From: Anthoceros angustus
Taxonomy: Eukaryota; Plantae; Anthocerotophyta
Direction of reading: 5' to 3'
NCBI GenBank assembly: GCA_010909165.1
Contig: MU008193.1
Location: 124,001 to 188,000 of the forward strand
DNA: 64,000 nucleotides
The position numbers and the translations under genes were made by a program. The notes beneath the pieces were generated by a model. The model was not told the origin of the DNA. It ran no database searches and saw only the letters and a list, made by a program, of their open reading frames with translations. Shown in pieces: positions 36,780 to 45,789 of this stretch. How positions within the stretch are numbered: position 1 is the stretch's first letter; each line of letters opens with the position of its first letter.

Positions 36780-38916
36780 TGTGGAGCTCCCAGTTGGCTC
36801 TTGCAGTTGGCCTACGCCGTCCCGGTTCCCCCTCCAGGTTAAGGGGATGCGTCGCCGAGGACTATAGTGGACCCAGCAAATTGGTGTCTCTACAGGGATT
36901 CTACGAGGAGTACATGCTCACCTCACCTCAGGGAGTCAATCCCCGGCAAGCAAGCAAGCCTTCAGGTGCAGCAGTATAAGGAGCCCAGCATATTCACTTC
37001 CGAGAAATTGTGTGGGTGGGGACGGGTTATCCAGCGATGGCCGTCGTCAGGAGCAGGTGCAGCAGCACTTGTGGCAACAATTTTTCCTGGACCCTACCTT
37101 GTGGTGGGACTGCAGACGAGATAACAAGAGCTCCTGCTCGCCTGACTTCCGGTGCAAGGGGTCCGGCGAGGGGCTATGGGTAAAGAGCCTCTTCAAGCCA
37201 GCTTGGGTTGATGAGCAGCTTGTTTCCTTGGATATGCAGATGGGTCATGGTGCCTCTCCTTCCGAGTCCTTTTCTCCGGGTAAGCCTGAACCTGGTAGGC
37301 GTGCTGGGTCAGAAATGGGCGTCGTTACGGCTGTAACCGTGAGCAGGTTATGTCAGCAGGGGAAGCTTGCTGAGGCCGTTGGAGCCCTGGAATATCTGGC
37401 CCAGACAGACAGTGCCATTTCTCAGTCTCTGTTTTACAGTGTTCTGAAACTGTGTACAGCAAAGAAGGATCTGGTTGTGGGGCGACGAGTCCATGACCTC
37501 ACTGTCAAACTCGGGTACGAGTCGGATGCTTTCTTGGGGAACCATATCTTGCGCATGTATGCATGTCGAGGTAGGCTGCAGGACGCCATGGATGTGTTCA
37601 CCAGGGTAGGCAAACCAGATTCCTTCATGTGGTCTTCCATAATCTCTGCATATGCTAAGCATGGGAAACCTAACGAGGCCATACAACTGTACCATGAGAT
37701 GCGGAGGTCAGGAGTGAAGGCGGATGGTCATGTCTTTGTAGCTGCCCTTCAGCTTGTGCGTTTGCGGCCGATTTAGAATCTGGCAGAAAAGTCCACTGTG
37801 ATGTATTGCACAGTGGCATGGCGCCTGACTTGTTTGTTGGCAACTGCCTGGTGGACATGTATGCAAAATGTGGCCAACTGAAAGATGCACGCCAGGTTTT
37901 GACAGCATGAACCAAAGGATGTGGTGACATGGAATGCTGATTGCTGGGTATGCAAAATGTGGTGAACTGGAAGGTGCACGTCGGGTTTTCGACTGCATGA
38001 ACTCAAAGGATGTGGTGACATGGAATGCTCTGATAGCTGGGTATGCAGCAAGGCTTGGACATGAGGCGCTTGTTCTGTATGGACAAATGGAGATGGAGGG
38101 CCTCATTTTGGCTGACCATGTTACGTTTGCTTGCCTTCTGAAGGCCTGTGCAAGCACTGGTGCCCTACAGAAAGGCAGGCAGCTGCACTCACAGATTGTG
38201 GGAAGAGGACTGCAGGATACTGTTGTGCTAGGCAGCTGCCTGGTGGACATGTATGCAAAATGTGGCGAACTCGAAGATGCACGGCAGGTTTTTGACAGCA
38301 TGGCCTCAAGGGATGTGGTGACATGGAATGCCCTGATTGCTGGGTATGCACAGCAAGGACATGAGGCGCTTGTTCTGTATGGACAAATGGAGCAGGAGGG
38401 CCTCATTTTGGCTGACCATGTTACTTTTGCTTGCCTTCTGAAGGCCTGTGCAAGCACTGGTGCCTTACAGAAGGGCAGGCAGCTGCACTCACAGAGAATG
38501 GTAGCAGGAGCTAACAAGAAACCTGCAGTGGCGACCATTGAGGTGAATAAGCAGGTACATAGATTTCTGGTGGGAGAAAGGAGAGGATATTGCGCTCAAG
38601 GTAGAGAGCACGAATGCACGTCTGAAGCAGGAAGGAGGCCACGTACCTCACACAAAGTTGGTGTTGAAGCCACTGTCTGAGAAGGAAAAGGAAGATGTGC
38701 TTTGTGGGCATGCTGAGAAGCTAGCTCTGGCGTTTGGTCTCTTGAACACCTGAGTGGGACACCTCTGGTGGTAACGAAGAATCTACGCATGTGCAGTGAC
38801 TGCCACAGTTCCACGGAGATCATGTCAAGGCTTGAACAGAGAGACATTGTTGTAAGGGATGGGTACCGTGTGCATCGATTCGCAGCTGGTTGTTGCAGTT
38901 GTAAGGTCGACCGTGA
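36780..38916 (+). pseudogene. PPR-D: PDF-PLS fused directly to the DYW:KP N-terminus; P2-L2-S2-E1 and most of E2 deleted; frameshifted
   Basis: ORF 37012..37776 (PDF + PPR). ORF 37934..38680 reads GRQLHSQ|RMVAGANKKP. A GRP-type end lies at ~38905-38916. Confidence 0.85.
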
Positions 38917-39219
38917 GAAAACGAAGGACTGCCCAGTGTCACTGCGTGTGCTGGAGAATATTTTGCTTTCCGGGTGAATGTGCTTGCCATCTGACAAACG
39001 GAAGCAAGAACAAACGTAGATGGCAAACACTTCCTTGGTCAGAAATCAGATAGTTGATCAAATGAATCTCGCTCTTTCTGAAAATGTTTTGGCCGATGTG
39101 ATTTGACAACAACAACAAACAGATCTGTTTCTGTCCAAATCGTCGAATCCATGGAAGTTGTTTTCCCTTTTTCTGACAGCATGCCGAAATTCATCTACAT
39201 ATTCATGTCCATAAACATA

Positions 39220-41953
39220 TGTCTAAGCCGGATGTGGAGCTCCCAGTTGGCTCTTGCAGTTGGCCTAGCCGTCCCGGTTCCTCCAGGTTAAGGGGATGCG
39301 TCGCCAGGAGCAGGAGCACTTGTGGACCCAACAAATTGGTGTGTACAGGGATTCTACGAGGAGCTGCTCACCTCACCTCAGGAGTCAACCCTGGCAAACA
39401 AGCCTCCAGGTGCAGCAGTGTAAGGAGCCCAGCACTTCCACTTCCGAGAAATGTGTGGTGGGGACGGGTTTCCAGCGATGGTCGTCGCCAGGAGCAGGAG
39501 CACTTGTGGCAACAATTTTTCTGGACCCTACCATGTGGTGGGGACAACAGACGAGATAAAGAGCTCCCGTTCGCCTGACTTCCGGCGTAAGGGGTCCGGC
39601 GAGGCTGTGGTTAAACAACATGTTTAAGCCAGCTTGGGTTGATGAGCAGCTCGTTTCCTTGGATATGCAGATGGGTCATGGTGCCTCCTTCCGAGTCCTC
39701 TCCGGATAAGCCTGAACCTGGTAGGCGTGCAGGATCGGAAATGGGCGTCGTAACGGCTGGAACCGTGAGCATGTTATGTCAGCAGGGAAGCTTTCTGAGG
39801 CCGTTGGAGCCCTGGAATCTCTGGCGCAGACAGACTGCCATTTCTCAGTCTCTGTTTTACACTGTGCTAAAACTGTGTACAGCTAAGAAGGATTTGGTTG
39901 TGGGGCGACGAGTTCATGATCTCACTGTCAAACTTGGGTACGAGTCGAATGCATACTTGGGGAACCATATCTTGCGCATGTATGCATGTGGAGGTAGGCT
40001 GCAGGAGGCCATGGATGTGTTCACCAGGGTAGGCAAACCAGATTCCTTCATGTGGTCTTCCATAATCTCTGCATATGCTAAGCATGGGAAACCTAACGAG
40101 GCCATACAACTGTACCATGAGATGCGGAGGTCAGGAGTGAAGGCGGATGGTCATGTCTTTGTAGCTGCCCTTCAGCTTGTGCGTTTGCGGCCGATTTAGA
40201 ATCTGGCAGAAAAGTCCACTGTGATGTATTGCACAGTGGCATGGCGCCTGACTTGTTTATTAGCAATTGCCTGGTGGACATGTATGCAAAATGTGGCCAA
40301 CCGAAAGAGGCACGCCAGGTTTTTGACAGCATGACCACAAAGGATGTGGTGACATGGAATGCCTTGATTGCTGGGTATGCAAAATGTGGTGAACTGGAAG
40401 GTGCACGTCGGGTTTTCGACTGCATGAACTCAAAGGATGTGGTCACATGGAATGCTCTGATAGCTGGGTATGCACAGCAAGGGCTTGGACATGAGGCGCT
40501 TGTTCTGTATGGACAAATGGAGATGGAGGGCCTCATTTTGGCTGACCATGTTACGTTTGCTTGCCTTCTGAAGGCCTGTGCAAGCACTGGTGCCCTACAG
40601 AAGGGCAGGCAGCTGCACTCACAGATTGTGAAGAGGACTGCTGGATACTGTTGTGGGCACTGCCTGGTGGACATGTATGCAAAATGTGGCGAACTCGAAG
40701 ATGCACGGCAGGTTTTTGACAGCATGGCCTCAAGGGATGTGGTGACATGGACGGCGCTGATTGCTGGGTATGCTGACCAAGGGCTCGGACATGAGGCACT
40801 CGTTCTGTATGGACAAATGGAGAAAGAGGGGCTGGCTTTGGCTAACCATGTTACTTTTCCTTGCCTTCTGAACGCCTGTGCAAGCACTGCTGCCTTACAG
40901 AAGGGCAAGCAGCTGCACTCTCAGATTGTGGAAAGAGGACTGATGGGTGAAATTCTGGTGGGCACCTGCCTGGTGGACATGTATTCAAAATGTGGCGAAC
41001 TGGAAGATGCACGCCAGGTGTTTGACAGCATGGCCACAAAGGACGTGGTTACATGGACGGCCCTGATATCTGGGTATGGTACTTGTGATGAAGGTCGCAG
41101 AGCACTAGCCTGTTTTGAGGAGATGTTAGCTGCTGGGATTAAGCCTGATGGTGCTACTTTTGCTTGCCTTCTAGTAGCCTGCAGTCATGAGGGACTGGTG
41201 GACGAGGGTCGCAAGCACTTTGATTCCATGGCTGAACAGCATGGAATCAAACCTACTACTGAGCATCACAATTGTATGATTGATCTTCTTGGGCGTGCGG
41301 GCCATTTAGATGAGGCACAGAAGATGCTATTGTCATGTGAGGGCCAAAGCAATGTCGTGGGGCTGATCTCTTTACTGAATGCTTGCAAAATCCATGGGGA
41401 TATAGAGAGGGCGATGTGGTGCTTTGAAAGCGTTGTTAGGATAGACCCCCAGCAGGCTCCTGCATATGTGCTTATGGCCAATGCCTATGCAGATGCAGGT
41501 AGGTGGACGGATGTAGATAGGATTGAAACACAGAGAATGGCAGCAGGAGCAAACAAGAAACCTGCAGTGGCGACCATTGAGGTGAATAAGGAGATACATA
41601 GATTTCTGGTAGGAGAAAGGAGAGAGGATATTGCACTTATGGTAAAGAGCACGAACACACGTCTGAAGCAGGAAGGAGGGCACGTACCTCTCACAGAATT
41701 GGTGTTAAAGCCAGTGTGTGAGAAAGAAAAGGAAGATGTGCTTTGTGGGCATGCTGAGAAGCTAGCTCTGGCATTTGGTCTCTTGAACAGTCCAAGTGGG
41801 ACACCTCTGGTGGTAACGAAGAATCTACGCATGTGCAGCGACTGCCACAGTTCCACGGAGATCATGTCAAGGCTTGAACAGAGAGACATTGTTGTAAGGG
41901 ATGGGTACCGTGTGCATCGATTCACAGCTGGCTGTTGCAGTTGTAAGGGTTGA
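39220..41953 (+). CDS. PPR-E: PDF-PLS-E-DYW:KP; 5' third indel-rich, last 574 codons open, ends CKG*
   Basis: ORF 40229..41953 retains HAEKLA and CSDC. The terminus is GGT TGA CCG TGA. The 5' region is a near-copy of PPR-D. Confidence 0.88.
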
Positions 41954-43338
41954 CCGTGAAGGACTGCCCTGTTTCTCAAGAGAAACATACTTGAGATGTT
42001 TTCTGTCGGTGGGTCACGATCCTCGCTGAGGATGCTGGAGCCCCAGTTGTTGTCGACCACTATCTCACTCGCCGCTTCCCTATCACTCGGTCTGTCAGGT
42101 AAGGTTGTCCTTTGTCCCCGCTCCTCTTTTCCATCGCCTCTGATTTCCTCAGTTGGCGCTTGAACACTGACCCTGACATTGAGGGCTTGCCCATTCCCCC
42201 GTGATCACCAGGTGTCCCGGCACGAGCCAAGGTGTCTGCCCACGCTGATGATTTTTTGCGCTTCTCCTTTCTGAAGCCTCCCTCCAAGCTACCCTTCGCC
42301 GCCTAGATGCTTTCGCTTCTCTTTCTGGTCTCTCAGTGAAACTTATCCAAGAGCATGCTGATCCCCCCGAACGCCTCTGCCCTCCCACCTTGTGTCCCAT
42401 ATTCCTTGCCAGAAAATCTGTTCCATGTTTCTCTTGGTGTTCCCCTGCAGCCCAAGATGAGAATGCGGAGATATGTCAACTATCTACAACTTGACTTGAC
42501 TTGATGGATGTGGCCGTAAGCATAGAAAAGGATTTTCATACAGAGATCTAGCTATGAAACGGTGATTGCTGCCCTGCCAAACCCTTCAACGTATTCACAG
42601 TAAAATTGAACTGAGTGTGGTACTCGGTCCAAGGCTGTCAGACTCGTCTGGCAAGGCCACGGGCTGGCAGCAGAAGAACGTCTCTGTGGAGACCCCTCTG
42701 TCGAACTTCGCGGATTTGCGACACATTCACGTTGAAGGCTGCCTGCCGTCAGTTTCTCAGGTAGATGTCTCAAAACGGATCTGGAGCTGCTGTCTGCGAC
42801 CTGCTCCAGCTGCGAGTAGAATTGTCAATAGTCTGCCTTCAGGATCCGGGGGGATTCTTGGCTCTGTGTATGTTTGTTCTGTGCATGGATGGGATCAGAG
42901 CAATTTACTTCATTCCAAGCCTCTTTCCCGGCTTGGAGTCGGGGAGAAATCGAAGATTGACAATTTTGGGCAGCAACAAGCCATGCTCCCAAAGTGATTC
43001 GAACAGCTCCAAGACCATGCGGCAAGCAATTAGGACCACGGAGCCAAAAAATGCGGCACAAATTTAGTTCACGGACCGAAGATGGTAATTTTCAGGACAC
43101 AAGATGTCGGTAGTTGCGAAGAGAAAACAAAAGCAGTTCAAACTTCTCAAAAAGTTCCAAGCAACCAGCAGAGGTTGCAGTTACATCCGTCCGATCACAA
43201 CTGTAGCAAGAGAAAACATTAACCGACTCAGTTTATGTACAATTTATCCTGTCCTCAGGACGGGCTCTCCCTCCTCAGTACAGAGATTCGCAAAGCACGA
43301 GATCGCATCGCCCTTCTCGAGATATCGTTGTAAATTCT

Positions 43339-44989
43339 TCACTTCCCACCCCTGAGCATGCGCAGGAAGGACATGTCGAAGCTGGTACTCTCCCGGCGAC
43401 GTCCAGGAAGGATGAGTGCTGCCCTCTGTCGACGCTCCCTGCCCTCTCTTATCTGCTCAACGTCCACATTGAACGCCGCAGCTGCCACCTCCTCCGGCAG
43501 TCGGCGGTACACAGAGGACCTGCCTGCAAGAGCCTCAACCAAGGGCCTGCAATTTCACGGATCAAATTCAGTGAGTAAAGGTTTATCGAATGCACTGAGT
43601 AAAGGTAAGACAACTCTGCAACTCTCGAGGAGAAAGTTGTAGCATGCAGCGTACTGGTCAGTGAGATGGAAGGCGATCCATTCAAAACCCTCCTCTCCCG
43701 CCTGAATGCCGTGCGGGTAGAAGCGCGGGACGATGTACGCGTCGCCTTCCCTGATATCTTGGCTCGCCAATTGCTCTCCGTTGTTGCCAGCGATTTCCAA
43801 TCGTGCGCGACCCCTCAGGACGTGCAGGATGGCATGGCCGTTGAGATTCCACTGGGGAGCAAGGATCGCGTTCTGCGACAGCACATACCAGGACTCCGTG
43901 CACTCACGATCAATTTCAAGAACATGATGAGCGCGATCGAAATGTGATCGCTTGCACCACCCCACATTATCATGAATCGTTTTGCGAACTTACTTACCTT
44001 TTCAAGACGGCCATACGAGGCACCAAGGTTCACGTTCCTCAGGATGGGAAGCTTGAACCTGTTCGCGCTGTTGTAGAGACCGGCATCGCGAACGCGCACG
44101 TCAGCCGAACCCTCCCGAATGTTGTAGACGAATTCCCCGTTGGCAATGTGCTCGCGCAAATGACTCAGACTCTCCCGCTGCCGTCCCTGAAGCGCGTTTG
44201 TCTCCTCGATCCTCACATCGCGCTCCACCTGAACGATGGCCACTCCCCGCTGGTTGTCGAGGATCGCATCCACCTCCCTCTCTTCAACGTCCCAAGCATC
44301 GGCCAAGAAATCTCGCCTGAACCCGTGCAGCACTCCGCGGTACTCCTGCTGGCCTTCTCCACGCCCTCTCCGCCCGTGCTCCCTCTCCCGCTCGCTTCCT
44401 CCCTCCCGGCTTCCACCGATCAAGAAGAAGCTCTGCAAATCGCAAACCAAGCCACGTCGGTCAGCAAACAAGCGCAACCTCGGATGACCAACTTCCGACA
44501 ACAAACACGCGGAAATCCACACAAATCCAGCTCAGAAAACCATACTCTAGCCTCGCCGGCCTCCTGTCCCTCCGACGTCTCAGCAAGGCCGATGATGCGC
44601 AGCTCGCTGCTGCCGGAATTGTACCACCAGTGCGCAACGCCGCGGGGAAAGGCAACAATGTCACCGCGTCTCACACGTCTCACGCCGGACGCCTCTCCTA
44701 GAGAATACCCGGTGAGAATCCCGGCATAACCCTCGCCATCTTCCACATACCCGATGGCAGCGGAATCGGAGTACTTCGGCAGAACAAGCCCGCGCTGGCG
44801 GACCGTGATCCTGGCTGCGGCCACATTGGCGTCCCTTAGCGCCCGGATGTCGGACCAGGACTCCACCCGGCCGCCGTCGGTGCTCAGGATCTCCCTCGGC
44901 TCCTCGAGTTGCAGCTCGTGCCTCTCCGCTGCGACGACGCAGGCGAAGGCCAGAACCAGGGCGAGAGCCCACTTCACGAATAAACCCAT
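43339..44989 (-). CDS. 11S-globulin/legumin-like bicupin 1 with signal peptide; 4 exons (44989-44546, 44432-43998, 43872-43655, 43546-43339), 434 aa
   Basis: GT-AG introns give an intact frame. Motifs DGGRVESW, LPKYSDSAAIGYV, GDIVAFPRGVAHWWYN, GFRRDFLADAW, ILAPQWNLNGH and GDAYIVPRFY; hydrophobic N-terminus MGLFVKWALALVLAFACVVAA. Confidence 0.92.
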
Positions 44990-45307
44990 ATCGCTCAGCA
45001 AGGATGAGTAACCACCAGGATAGCAAATGAGACGGAACAGACGCGGAACAGGGACTGCGAATGACGGATACCTGGTTGGGAATCGGTTGGTTATAAGGCG
45101 GAGGGGGAATGTGACGTAAATGGCAAGGACTGGGCGGCCGGGTTGGAGTTGGAGTGGAACTGGCCGTGAGCGTCCAAATTGGAGGGAAGTGGTAGTAGGG
45201 TGGCAGATTGTGAGAGTCTGGATGGCCGCCGACACATTAGCGGTGTCTTGTCGCCACGCCAGATGCCTGCCACTTGTGGCTGATAAGTGCGGCACGAGCA
45301 GGGTGTG

Positions 45308-45582
45308 AGGCAAGGCTTGCGGAAACGGAAGCCGTGGAGAATAATCTGGAGATGGACGTGACGCGGGACCAGATGCATCGCCTCCCGCTTGCATGCCGCA
45401 TGCAAACGGCATATTCTGCGTCTCTTGGGACGCTGGAACGAACGAGTGGGAAGGCAAGGCTTGCGGAAACGGAAGCCGTGGAGAATAATCTGGAGATGGA
45501 CGTGACGCGGGACCAGATGCATGCCTCCCGCCTGCATGCCGCATATTCTGCGTCTCTTGGGACGGTGGAACGAGTGGGATTG
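45308..45582. promoter_or_regulatory. Two-copy direct repeat (144-bp period) in the shared intergenic region, with RY (CATGCA/TGCATG) and ACGT-core motifs
   Basis: AGGCAAGGCTTGCGGAAACGG starts at 45308 and 45452. Each copy has GGACGTGACGC and TGCATGCC, and copy 1 also has GCATGCAAAC. A TTATAA lies at ~45091, upstream of gene 1. Confidence 0.65.
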
Positions 45583-45789
45583 TGACGAACTGGCAGTGAT
45601 GCGCGAGTGGGAGCTGCAGTCCGGAAGTTGGGAACTGTGTGTAGACTGGTCAATTCAGATTTGCAGCTGCCATATCCGAACTGCTCCTGAGAGTACAAAT
45701 GCGGCTTCCCCCCGCTGCATTTTTCATCCTGGCACTCGGTGTCTGGTTTTGTCTGGGATTGTTGATAAGCGATCTGCAGTGGTGTCGCG

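Noticed and set aside
27713-42060. Many minus-strand ORFs across the PPR array
   Set aside because: They are antisense shadows of PPR/DYW coding sequence, repeated with each paralog.
42060-43067. Short ORFs between PPR-E and bicupin 1
   Set aside because: No recognisable motif or consistent splice structure, so I cannot support a gene call.
44135-44150. ANGEF in bicupin 1 as the canonical legumin Asn-Gly cleavage site
   Set aside because: It is only four residues before the conserved NI, about ten residues off the canonical position, and the paralog has SG there.
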